NCBI RefSeq assembly: GCF_028368995.1
Contig: NZ_JAQNDL010000003.1
Span: forward strand, 1,856,001-1,920,000
Reading direction: 5' to 3'
Length of the DNA stretch: 64,000 nucleotides
Origin: Nannocystis bainbridge
GTDB lineage: Bacteria > Myxococcota_A > Polyangia > Nannocystales > Nannocystaceae
Position numbers and translations under genes: made by a program. Shown piece by piece: positions 37,850-47,185 of the stretch. Below the pieces are notes generated by a model, which ran no database searches, had not been told where the DNA came from, and saw only the letters and a list, made by a program, of their open reading frames with translations. The number at the start of each line of letters is the position of its first letter. The first letter of the stretch is position 1.

Positions 37850-39069
37850 AGACGACACCGCTGCCGTCCGAGGCCGGGGCGCCGCACGCGTGGGTGTGGG
37901 GGGCGTTCGTGCTCTTGATTTCGGTCGGCGTGCTCTCCGCCCTGACGCTCGTGCTGACCTGGCGGATCGCCGAGCGGACCGAGGCCCTCGAGAAGTTGCG
38001 GGCGCGTGCAGCCTCGTGCCCCGCGCCCGTGCGCTTGCCGTCCGAGCGTCACGTCGAAGTCGAGGAAGCGCCCCCGCCGCCTCCCAGCGCGCCGCTCGGG
38101 TCCGGCTCCTACGTCGCGGCGGGTGTCGACCTCGGGCCGCTGATGCGCCTGCGACTTGAGCGCGTGCGCCAGGGATCGCCGGCGGGTACGGTGCGCTTTG
38201 GCTCGTCGGAGGTGCTGTCGCCGCGGGCGGTGCACGTGATCAGCCTGTGGGCACCATGGTGCGTCGCCTGCAAGGAGGTCCTGCCGGACCTGCGCGAGCT
38301 GTTCGAGCGGCGCGGCGCGAGCTGGGGCGACTCGGTGCGGTTCCTGCCGGTCCAGGTGCTCGACCCGACCGCGCCCGAGGACGCGATCCGTACGTGGGGG
38401 CCGCTCATGCCCGCCAGTCATGTGCAGGTCGCCGACCGCTCGCTCGCGGACAGCTTCGTCGCCGCGCTACGCGACGACTCGCGCCGTCTCTACCAGGGGA
38501 CGTTGCCGGTGACGCTGGCGCTCGACTGCAACCGACGTGTCCGATGGGCCAGGATCGGCGTGCCCGGGGAGACCGAGCTGAAGGAGCTCGAGGACTGGCT
38601 CGACACCTTCCGCGCCGAGATCACCGACGGCGATCCGCGCTGCCGGCAGATCTGGTGCGGGAACGGCCGCTGCGAGGCCGGCGAGACCGGGCGCTGCGAG
38701 GAAGACTGCGGCACACCCGCCGAAACGGCGCCGAGCGAGCGCGTGGTGTCGGGACCCACCGAGGTCGCGGTCGTCGGGCCGAACGAGATCGCCGCGGATG
38801 ATCCCGCCAAGCGTCCCTCCAAGCGGAAGCCGTGCCCACAAGAGTGCCCTCGCTGCGATGAGAAGGGCCGGTGCTTGACGCTATGGGGCGGGTCGGAGGC
38901 GCCGGCGACCACGGCCCCCGTATTCACCTGCGGCGATGGTCACTGCGATCCTCGCGAGGACCAGAAGACGTGTTGCCGTGACTGCGGCTGCAAGGGCTCT
39001 CTGCAATGCCGGCGCGCCGAAGGCGGGCGCGACGTCTGCGTGCCCGCGAACGGACTGTGGTCGGACTAA
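37846..39069 (+). CDS. TlpA-like thioredoxin with Cys-rich C-terminus
   Basis: N-terminal TM, LWAPWCVAC, TLPVT and CGNG/CGDG repeats. Confidence 0.85.
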   Translation: MKTTPLPSEAGAPHAWVWGAFVLLISVGVLSALTLVLTWRIAERTEALEKLRARAASCPAPVRLPSERHVEVEEAPPPPPSAPLGSGSYVAAGVDLGPLMRLRLERVRQGSPAGTVRFGSSEVLSPRAVHVISLWAPWCVACKEVLPDLRELFERRGASWGDSVRFLPVQVLDPTAPEDAIRTWGPLMPASHVQVADRSLADSFVAALRDDSRRLYQGTLPVTLALDCNRRVRWARIGVPGETELKELEDWLDTFRAEITDGDPRCRQIWCGNGRCEAGETGRCEEDCGTPAETAPSERVVSGPTEVAVVGPNEIAADDPAKRPSKRKPCPQECPRCDEKGRCLTLWGGSEAPATTAPVFTCGDGHCDPREDQKTCCRDCGCKGSLQCRRAEGGRDVCVPANGLWSD

Positions 39070-40274
39070 AACCGGCCCTCGACGACAAGGGCGCCACCGC
39101 CGACGCGGACTTGTGGTCCCGCCGACACGAGGAAGCGGCCGCTCCGATCGAGCATCAGGCCCGTGATTGCGCTGGCCAGAGCGCCGGCGCCGAGGCCCAG
39201 GAACGTGGCGCCGGTCGTGTGCGCCGCGCTGGCGCCGTTGATCGCGCGGCGATCGTCGTCTGTCCAGGGGGACGGGTCGTTGTGCCGGCCGGATGCCTGG
39301 GCGCCGAGGCCGAGGGCGACCGCGCCACCGATCGTCGACAGGCCGCCGACCGAGGCGGCGATGATCCAGCCGATCCGGCGCTTGCGAGGCTCCTTGACCC
39401 GGGCGACCAGGCCTCCGACCAGCGCGCCGGCACCGACGCCGAGCACGGCGGCGCCCGACGCTCGCAACGTCCCGGCCGCATCGAGCTCGCGACGGCACGC
39501 CTCGACGGGAAAAAGCGAATCGTCGGACTGGCACGCCTCCACAGGTCCGTTGAGCCGCGACGACCATCGGCCCTGCCCGATGCCGAGCAGGGTCCCGCCG
39601 ACGACCATCCCGGCGACGCCGGCGCCGCTCCAGCCGAGTGTGAAACGTCGGAGCGCGCGAGCGTCCTGGCGCAGCCGGAGATCCAGGACCGCCGGGGTCG
39701 TCGTGGACGCCTCGACCCGGATTTCGTGCGTGATGGGCTCGAAGCGCGGATCGTCGACGCGGATCTTCCACCCGCCCGGGTCGAGCGAGAGGACGGTGTG
39801 CTCGCCCGGGCGGACCGTGATGGTGAGATCCGGTCGAACATCGGACGCGAAGGCGGAGACGAACGTGAGGGTAACGGAGAGCGGAGCGTCGAGCGGGCGC
39901 TGCGTTCGCAGCTCGAGCGGCACCGGCCTGGTCTCCGCCCGGGCGGTCCGCAGGAGGGCCGTCGCCTCCTCGCGCTGGGCGGCGGTCAGACCAGGTAGCG
40001 CGAGCAGGGCCTCGAGATGCACGACGACGTGGGCGTGGTGACTGAGGGCGACACGCGAGACTGCTGCATTGAACAGGTCGGCTGCCCCATGTCCTTCGCG
40101 CCACAACGCCTCGAACTCCAGCGCGGCCTCGCCGAAGTGACCGTGCTCGAACGCCGTGCGGGCCCGACCGCGGCGCTCGCTCCCGGGGTCGCTCGTGCCT
40201 GCGGCTGGCGACGCCGAGCCGGCGGGGACGGATGGCGTCAGGAGCAGGAGAGCGGCCAGGAGGACGCAGACCAT
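39066..40274 (-). CDS. Secreted TPR/PEGA-like protein with hydrophobic hairpins and C-terminal GRF
   Basis: Signal peptide, TPR-like helices (F..G.F.EAA..FE), Gly-rich hydrophobic segments; ends GGALVVEGRF. Confidence 0.7.
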   Translation of the reverse strand: MVCVLLAALLLLTPSVPAGSASPAAGTSDPGSERRGRARTAFEHGHFGEAALEFEALWREGHGAADLFNAAVSRVALSHHAHVVVHLEALLALPGLTAAQREEATALLRTARAETRPVPLELRTQRPLDAPLSVTLTFVSAFASDVRPDLTITVRPGEHTVLSLDPGGWKIRVDDPRFEPITHEIRVEASTTTPAVLDLRLRQDARALRRFTLGWSGAGVAGMVVGGTLLGIGQGRWSSRLNGPVEACQSDDSLFPVEACRRELDAAGTLRASGAAVLGVGAGALVGGLVARVKEPRKRRIGWIIAASVGGLSTIGGAVALGLGAQASGRHNDPSPWTDDDRRAINGASAAHTTGATFLGLGAGALASAITGLMLDRSGRFLVSAGPQVRVGGGALVVEGRF

Positions 40275-40314
40275 GGGCCCGGGAGTGTACGGAAAACGAG
40301 CGACGAACGCGAGG

Positions 40315-40351
40315 CCCAACCGGAGTTGGGACCCCCAACCCGGATTGGGGG
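40315..40351. promoter_or_regulatory. Two adjacent related palindromes in a divergent promoter region
   Basis: CCCAAC-cgga-GTTGGG (40315-40330) and CCCCCAA-cccgga-TTGGGGG (40332-40351). Confidence 0.55.
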
Positions 40352-40407
40352 CGCATGCGCACGTGCGAGGCGTTGATCGCCCGAGATCCCTGTTTTAGAG
40401 TCTGCTG

Positions 40408-41958
40408 GTGATGCGCGTTGACGTGCGACTCGGCCTCCTGCTCGCCCTCGGCGGTCTGAGCTGCCTCAAGATCGATTTTCCGCCCGCGGACGATCCGTAC
40501 TGGCAGTGCAACGAGGACCACGTGTGCGACGCGGACGAGAATCAGGTCGTCTGCCCGTCGGACTGCGTGTGGAGGGACGAGACGGGCGAGGGCCCCGCGG
40601 CGGCGGTGTGCGACGCGCAGGAGAACTGGACCTTCGTCCAGGCGTGTCTGGGCACGTGCGGGAACGGGCAAGAGGACGAGACGGCGGAGACGTGCCCCCG
40701 CGACTTCCCAGGTCCGGGCTGCGGCGACGGCGTGTGCGCGCCCAACGAGGACCCCGCGCGCTGCCCGATCGAGTGTCACGCCGGGAGCTGCGGCGACGGG
40801 ACGTGCGAGCTGCACGAGAACGCCGCCATCTGCGCCGAGGACTGCACGCCCGGGTGCGGCGACGGGGTGTGTCAAGCGGACGAGGAGTCCACGTGCGGGC
40901 GAGACTGCGTCCCCTGCACCGGCGATTCATGTGTCTGCGGGGACATGGTCTGCGGGACAGGCGAGTCGATGATGAGCTGCCCGCAGGACTGCACCGAGCC
41001 CTTCTGCGGCAACGGGGCGGTGGAAGAGGGCGAGCCGTGCGACGACGGGAACGACGTCGACACCGACGCCTGCACCAATAACTGCGCCATGGCGACCTGC
41101 GGCGACGGCATCGTGTGGACCAGCGAAGAGCAGTGCGACGACGGCCCCGACAATGGCCCTGGCAAGGCGTGCAGCGCGATGTGCGAGGCCAGCACTTGTG
41201 GCGACGGCGACGTCGGTCCCGGTGAGACGTGCGACGACGGGAACGCGGACGACACCGATGATTGCGTAGCCTGCCAGGATGCGTCGTGCGGCGACGGACT
41301 GGTCCAGGCGGGTGTGGAGGGGTGCGACGACGGGAATGACGTCGACACCGACACCTGCACGAACGATTGCGAGTCGGCGAAGTGCGGGGACAGCATTGTC
41401 CAGGACGGCGTGGAGGAGTGCGACGACGGGAATCAGGTCGACGGCGACGGTTGCTTCGAGTGCAAGAAGCCGCGGCGAGTGATCTTCGTGACGAGCGCCG
41501 TGTTCAGTGGCAACCTCGGGGGCCTAAGCGGCGCGGACGTGAAGTGCGTGACGGCCGCGACCGGTGCCGGGCTAGCGAATGAAGCGAGCTTCAAGGCTTG
41601 GCTGTCGAGCCAGCTAAACGGGCCCGCGAGCCGGATCGACACCCAGTACCTGGGGATGTACGTGCTGACCGACGGGACCCCGGTGGCCGAGAACGGCTGG
41701 GCCGACCTGACCGATGGCGAGCTCGCGCATGCCGTCGACCTGACCGAGGCGAAGGTGAAGGTGAACTCGGCCCCGTGGACGAACACGAGGACCGACGGAA
41801 CCCCCGGCGAGAACCACTGCGACGGCTGGAACGACTCGACGCCCCAGGTCTCCGGCGGTTTCGGTTTTACGAACGTGACCGATCCGACCTGGACCGACGC
41901 GATGAGCACGGCCCCGTGCTCCAGCTCTGCCCCCATCTACTGCATCGAGGACCCGTGA
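40408..41958 (+). CDS. Lipoprotein with myxococcal Cys-rich repeats and DUF1554-like C-terminal domain
   Basis: Lipobox GLSC; many CGDG...E.CDDGN repeats; IFVTS...GNLGGLSGAD..C...AWLS...IYCIE. Confidence 0.85.
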   Translation: MMRVDVRLGLLLALGGLSCLKIDFPPADDPYWQCNEDHVCDADENQVVCPSDCVWRDETGEGPAAAVCDAQENWTFVQACLGTCGNGQEDETAETCPRDFPGPGCGDGVCAPNEDPARCPIECHAGSCGDGTCELHENAAICAEDCTPGCGDGVCQADEESTCGRDCVPCTGDSCVCGDMVCGTGESMMSCPQDCTEPFCGNGAVEEGEPCDDGNDVDTDACTNNCAMATCGDGIVWTSEEQCDDGPDNGPGKACSAMCEASTCGDGDVGPGETCDDGNADDTDDCVACQDASCGDGLVQAGVEGCDDGNDVDTDTCTNDCESAKCGDSIVQDGVEECDDGNQVDGDGCFECKKPRRVIFVTSAVFSGNLGGLSGADVKCVTAATGAGLANEASFKAWLSSQLNGPASRIDTQYLGMYVLTDGTPVAENGWADLTDGELAHAVDLTEAKVKVNSAPWTNTRTDGTPGENHCDGWNDSTPQVSGGFGFTNVTDPTWTDAMSTAPCSSSAPIYCIEDP

Positions 41959-42292
41959 AAGCGGCGTGAGCACGGTCGGGCGGACCTGACTGACGGGACT
42001 CTCTTGCACGCCATTGAAGAGAAATGAAAACGATCTGCCGATGGGTCGGCGGCCGCCCGGCGGGGCGCGCAGCGTGTAGGGCCGGTGGCGTTGGAGGGCG
42101 TGGTGTTGAGGAGGCGCTTCAGGTCCAGATCGTGCCCGGGGCCTAACGCAACAGAGTAGGTCCATCCCGACTCCCCGAGAAGTATAAGTGCATGTAAACA
42201 AGCCCGACATGAGATTGAGGACGACGTTCGGCGAGGGAACGTGAATTTGCCCTTGCCTTTTTGAGATACGCCCTCCTTATACGGCGAGACGC

Positions 42293-44596
42293 ATGACACG
42301 CTCGCCTATCAGCCCGACACCTGTGCCGGCCACAACCCCTCCCGAGGCGTTGAAGCACGCGAAGGGCTGGACGCTCCACGCTGAGGCGAGCCGCGAGATG
42401 GTCGGCGTGCTGTTCGGCGAGCGCTTCGAGGTCCAGGAGCCGATCGGGGCCGGCGGGATGGCCTCGGTGTACGTCTGCAAGGACCGGGCGCTGCACGGCC
42501 TGGCGGCGGTGAAGGTGCTGCGCGACGACAACGCCGATACGCGCCGGCGGTTCGCCTACGAGTCGCGCCTGCTCGCCAACCTGCGGCACCCGCACATGGT
42601 CCAGGTGCTCGCGGTCGGGGAGACGGCGGATGGGGCGCTGTACATGGCGCTCGAGTACCTGCCCGGGCAGAGCCTCGACGAGCGGTTGATCCGGCGCGGG
42701 CCGCTGCCGTGGCGCGAGGTCGTCGAGCTGGCGGCGCAGGTGGCTGGCGCGCTCGAGGCGCTCCACCGGGTCGGGGTGATCCACCGCGACGTGAAGCCCA
42801 GCAACATCGTGCAGATCGACAGCGCGGCGGGGCGGCCGGTCGTGAAGCTGATCGACCTGGGGATCGCCAAGATCCACGACTGGGCGCGCGTGCAGGCCGG
42901 CGGGTTCACGCCAGTGCCGCGGCACAAGACCGAGGTCGGGAAGGTGGTCGGGACGCCCGGCTTCTACCCGCCCGAGGTGGCACTGGTCGAGGCGGACCCA
43001 CGCTTCGACACCTACGCGCTCGGGGTGACGATCTATCAGCTCTGCACAGGTGTCTTCCCGACGCCTGGGGAGTACCGGCCGATGGTCGAGGTGAGACCAG
43101 CGTGCAAGGTGACGCCGGAGCTTGAGGCGCTGGTGGCCGCGGCGCTTGCGGTCCTGCCGGAGGACCGAGTGGCGACCGCCGAGGAGTTCCAACGGCGGCT
43201 CGAGACGATCCGCACCGCGCACGCCGAGGACGCGGAACCGTTCCTGTTCGACGGATGCTACGAGCTGATCGAGGTGCTCGGGGTCGGGGCCAAGGCCGAG
43301 GTCTACCGCGCGTATCACCGCGACGCGGCCCGCTACGTGGCGCTCAAGTTGCTCAGCGCGAGGTCGAAGGCCAACTTCGAGGAGCGCGTGCGGTTCGCCC
43401 GCGAGGCACGGGTGCTCAGCGCGGTCAGTCATCCGGCCTTGCCCAAGTTGATCGACTGCCGAACGGCGACGAACCGGAAGCAACCGTTCATCGCCATGGC
43501 GCTGGCGAAGGGGAAGCGGGCGGGCGAATTCTGCATCGCCGGTCAGACGCTCGGGTCGGCCGACTTGATCGCGGTCGGGAGGCAGCTCGCGGGGGCGCTG
43601 GCCGCGTTGCACGACCGCGGGATCTTGCACCGCGACCTCAACACGTCGAACATCCTGATCGACCTCGGGCGCGAGACGACGGCGACGCTGATCGACGTCG
43701 GGATGGCTGACCTTACGGACAGGTTCTATGCCGTGGTCGAGCAGCGCTACCCGACGCCGCCCGAGTCGCGGCTCAAGCTCGGCACCGGCGGGCTTGAGAT
43801 GCTCGAGTGGACGGCGCCCGAAGCCCGCGACGGCAAGGGCTGGACGGCGAAGAGCGACGTCTACTCGCTTGGTCTGCTGCTGTACAAGATGCTGACCGGC
43901 AAACGCCCGTTCACGGGAGATTCGACGGAGATGGTCTCGCCACGGACGCTTGTGCCGGGGTGTCCCAGGGCGCTCGAGGCGGCCCTCCGCTGGGCGCTGC
44001 ATCAAGACCCGGATGAGCGGATCGACGCGAGTGAGCTGCTCGCGCAGCTCGACGAGGCGCTCGAGGAGATGAACGAGGACGCGGCCGATGCAGGCGCGCC
44101 CGAGGCACACCTCGGCGGGGCCACTCCAACGAAAGCAACGACGGCGGTTCGGGAGCGCCCACGGCGGACTCTGTGGTTCATCGGCGGCATGCTCGTCGCG
44201 GCGGCCGTCATGCTCGCGTGGTGGGGTGGCCGCATGACGGCGCCGACGCTGCCTCCGTTCGCCACGCCCACGACTTCGGTCGTTGTGCCGCCCGCGGCGC
44301 CGGAACCGGCTCCGCTGGCCGTCCCTGAAGCATCGGGCCCTGCGAACCCGGCGCCCTTGCCGGAGATGCGTGAGGCGCTGAAGACGGCCGCCGAGGAGTT
44401 ACGGCGCTGTGCGTCGCTCTCCGGCGGCTCGCTCCTCGTCGAGTTCGAGACCGCGGCTGGGAACGAGATTTTCGTCGCAGCGAAGGTGATCGGCCCGCAC
44501 GAGGAGCGCGTCGGCCGATGCGTCCGTGAAGCGGCCGACTCGATCCGCTTCGAGCCCACCGCCACGCAGACCTTCGCGGAGGTATACAATCCATGA
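42293..44596 (+). CDS. Tandem-domain membrane Ser/Thr protein kinase
   Basis: Kinase 1: GAGGMA, HRDVKPSN, DLG. Kinase 2: VALK, HRDLNTSN, DVG, APE. TM and Cys-pair C-terminal domain follow. Confidence 0.9.
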   Translation: MTRSPISPTPVPATTPPEALKHAKGWTLHAEASREMVGVLFGERFEVQEPIGAGGMASVYVCKDRALHGLAAVKVLRDDNADTRRRFAYESRLLANLRHPHMVQVLAVGETADGALYMALEYLPGQSLDERLIRRGPLPWREVVELAAQVAGALEALHRVGVIHRDVKPSNIVQIDSAAGRPVVKLIDLGIAKIHDWARVQAGGFTPVPRHKTEVGKVVGTPGFYPPEVALVEADPRFDTYALGVTIYQLCTGVFPTPGEYRPMVEVRPACKVTPELEALVAAALAVLPEDRVATAEEFQRRLETIRTAHAEDAEPFLFDGCYELIEVLGVGAKAEVYRAYHRDAARYVALKLLSARSKANFEERVRFAREARVLSAVSHPALPKLIDCRTATNRKQPFIAMALAKGKRAGEFCIAGQTLGSADLIAVGRQLAGALAALHDRGILHRDLNTSNILIDLGRETTATLIDVGMADLTDRFYAVVEQRYPTPPESRLKLGTGGLEMLEWTAPEARDGKGWTAKSDVYSLGLLLYKMLTGKRPFTGDSTEMVSPRTLVPGCPRALEAALRWALHQDPDERIDASELLAQLDEALEEMNEDAADAGAPEAHLGGATPTKATTAVRERPRRTLWFIGGMLVAAAVMLAWWGGRMTAPTLPPFATPTTSVVVPPAAPEPAPLAVPEASGPANPAPLPEMREALKTAAEELRRCASLSGGSLLVEFETAAGNEIFVAAKVIGPHEERVGRCVREAADSIRFEPTATQTFAEVYNP

Positions 44597-45540
44597 GCAT
44601 GATCGCCTGCTTCCTCGCCGTCCTGCTCGCCGTGGAGGGACCCGCGCCTGCAACGACCTCGGACGAGTCGAGCTGCGACGTCGCCGACAACCGCTGTAAG
44701 GCCAAGGGCTTCGAGCGACAGGCCGCACAGGTGTCGTCGGCGTCGCAGCGCGCGCTGTACTTGCAGGCGGCCTATCGCTCTTACATCGGGCTGTTCAAAG
44801 AGACAGGTGAAACGCGTGATCTCTGCGAGGCGCGGCGGGTCTTCGAGAAGAGCCTCGCGGTCAAGGACCTGCCCGCGAGCCAGCGCACCAGCTTCGAGGC
44901 GGGACGCGTGGAGCTGGAGTCGCGCGAGCGACAGGTCAACGCGCGGTGCAGTAGCTCGGCGAAGCGGGCGCGGGTGCCGGCGCCGCAACGCGCAGAGGAC
45001 CCGGCGCCGCTCATGGCGGTCTCGGCCGCCAAGCCCGAGACGCCTAGACGTGCATCCGATGGGCCGCTCGACCTGCTTCCCGTGAGCTCCAAGAATAGGC
45101 GTTCGCCGCGCCCGCAAGTGGCGGTTGCGGTCCGACCTGAAGAACGATCGCGGCCGTCGCTAGCGCCGGTCGCTGCGCCTCCGCGACACGGTCGTCCTCT
45201 CGTGATCGCGGGGAGCGTGACACTGGGTCTCGGACTCTCGCTCGCCGGTGTCGCGGGTTACGCGGGAGGTCGCGCGCTCGAGGCACACCGCGAAGGCGTT
45301 GAACTGCACAACGAGGTGCAGGGACCTCCCGACGACGCGGCCCGTGCCGCGGATGCCGCCCTGGAGCGGGAGTACCGAAGGATGGGTTCTCTGGCCCTCG
45401 GAACAGCCGTCGCGGGTGGCGCGGCGGTAGTCGTCGGCACCGCGCTGGTTGCGGTGGGCGGACAACGACTCGCCCGAACAGCATCGAGCACAGCGCTGGT
45501 GCCCTTCCCCGGGGGCCTTGCTTTTCGTGCGCGTTTTTGA
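44593..45540 (+). CDS. Secreted helical (TPR-like) protein with hydrophobic hairpins and C-terminal ARF
   Basis: ATGA overlap with the kinase; signal peptide; ends PGGLAFRARF. Confidence 0.7.
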   Translation: MSMIACFLAVLLAVEGPAPATTSDESSCDVADNRCKAKGFERQAAQVSSASQRALYLQAAYRSYIGLFKETGETRDLCEARRVFEKSLAVKDLPASQRTSFEAGRVELESRERQVNARCSSSAKRARVPAPQRAEDPAPLMAVSAAKPETPRRASDGPLDLLPVSSKNRRSPRPQVAVAVRPEERSRPSLAPVAAPPRHGRPLVIAGSVTLGLGLSLAGVAGYAGGRALEAHREGVELHNEVQGPPDDAARAADAALEREYRRMGSLALGTAVAGGAAVVVGTALVAVGGQRLARTASSTALVPFPGGLAFRARF

Positions 45541-45559
45541 GCGAATACCGGAGGAGCTC

Positions 45560-47179
45560 ATGCCCGTGGCCTTCCGTCTCCTTCCCTCGTTCGCCCTCGC
45601 GTTGCTGACCGCCTGCGCGCCGTGGCCGCAGTGGGAGGAGTGCTCCAACGCTCTCTGCGCGACGGCCTCCACCGGGGACAGCACCGGAGACATCACGACG
45701 CCGACCTCGGGCGGCGGGATCCAGACCGTCACCGGCGCCGACGAGAGCTCGACCGACGTCGAGCTGGACACCAGCAGCACGACATTGACCGAGCCGGCCG
45801 GGCCGCCGGCGGTCGTGGAGTTCAAGCTGACGCCGGACCCGATCGGATTCAACGGGGCGATCACGGTGGCGGTGTCGGCCGAGCACGCGGACGGCGTGCG
45901 CATGGAGCTCGACTCCGGCGAGGTGATCGAGCTGGCGATGATCGAGCCTGGGCTCTTCGACGGCGAGACCGCCGTGCTGACGGGCCTCGTCAACGGGCCG
46001 CACGTCGCCCTGCTGACGCCATGGCGCGACGTCGTCGACGGCGAGACGGTGCAGGCGCCCTACGAGGTCGCCCTCCCCACGCCCGGAAGTCAGGGCTTCT
46101 GGGAGACCGGCGACCTGATCGGCGGCGGCCAGGTCGCGGCCATGGGCGTGCTGCCGACCGGCGACGTGGTCGAGCTCGGGACGTTCCTCCCGAACGGCGA
46201 GTCGCGCTGCTACCTCCGCCGCCGCAACAAGGGCGGCGCGTGGGGGCCCGACGACTTGGTGACGATCTTGCCCGACAACAACTGCGCGCCGATCGACCTC
46301 GTGATCGGCGACGACGGCGCGATGTTCGTCGCCGTCAACCGCGAGGGGGTCGACGGGGTGCGCTGGTGGTTGGCGAAGATCCCAGCGTGGGGACAGGCGC
46401 CGACGAACCTCGGGCTCGGGGCGAAGGACGAGACGGCCGTGGCGCTCGCGCGTCACTCGTCGGGCGCCGTGGCGGTCTGCGGCTACGCGCCGTCACCGTG
46501 GATGTACGACGACACGATGGTGCGGATCTTCCGGCCGAACCTGCCGGGCGAGACGCTGAACTTCGACTTCCCTCTCAAGCAGGCGCATTGGTTCGCCGAG
46601 CGACCGCGCGACTGCGTCTACATAGACGACACGCTCGCGCTCGTCGGTGAGATGTACGGCCCGCACGGCGACGACAACAAGCTTCGGGATCGCCTCTTCA
46701 TCCTCAACCTCGACAGCGAGGGCCAGGCAGCCTGGACCGTGGCCCCCGCGGGCGCCAAGACCCAGAGCGGCGCTCAGGCGGTCGACACTGACAACGAAGG
46801 TCGGCTCGTCATCGCCGGCTACACCTGTGACGACGCCTGTCAGCCGGAGGGCGACCTGCGCATCTACGACACGCGCGGCGAGCTCGCCTGGCAGACCTCG
46901 CTCGGCACCTTTCCGACCAAGCAGTTCGGCACCCGGGACCTCGTGTGGAGCCCAGCCGGCTACGCCCTCGTGGCGACCGGCGGGCCGAAGGGGAACGAGA
47001 CCGCTTTCACCGTCCGGGCCTACGCGCCCTCCAAGATCGAACCGGTGTGGACCTTCGCGCGCAAGGACGGCCAGGTGCTCCACCTGGCGCTGGCGCTGGC
47101 GATCGGCCACTACGGCGAGGTCTACGCCGGAGGCCTGGGCGCGAACGGCTACCCGGCCGTCGCGTACATCGGCGGGTAG
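45560..47179 (+). CDS. Lipoprotein, probable beta-propeller
   Basis: GGAGGAG RBS, lipobox LTAC, Ser/Thr linker, beta-rich repeats (D..G...V.G; G..AW). Confidence 0.75.
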   Translation: MPVAFRLLPSFALALLTACAPWPQWEECSNALCATASTGDSTGDITTPTSGGGIQTVTGADESSTDVELDTSSTTLTEPAGPPAVVEFKLTPDPIGFNGAITVAVSAEHADGVRMELDSGEVIELAMIEPGLFDGETAVLTGLVNGPHVALLTPWRDVVDGETVQAPYEVALPTPGSQGFWETGDLIGGGQVAAMGVLPTGDVVELGTFLPNGESRCYLRRRNKGGAWGPDDLVTILPDNNCAPIDLVIGDDGAMFVAVNREGVDGVRWWLAKIPAWGQAPTNLGLGAKDETAVALARHSSGAVAVCGYAPSPWMYDDTMVRIFRPNLPGETLNFDFPLKQAHWFAERPRDCVYIDDTLALVGEMYGPHGDDNKLRDRLFILNLDSEGQAAWTVAPAGAKTQSGAQAVDTDNEGRLVIAGYTCDDACQPEGDLRIYDTRGELAWQTSLGTFPTKQFGTRDLVWSPAGYALVATGGPKGNETAFTVRAYAPSKIEPVWTFARKDGQVLHLALALAIGHYGEVYAGGLGANGYPAVAYIGG

Positions 47180-47185
47180 CGCGAG

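Noticed and set aside
40700-41460. Repetitive tgcggcgacgg / tgcgacgacgg DNA
   Set aside because: Explained by protein-level myxococcal Cys-rich repeats, not a DNA array.
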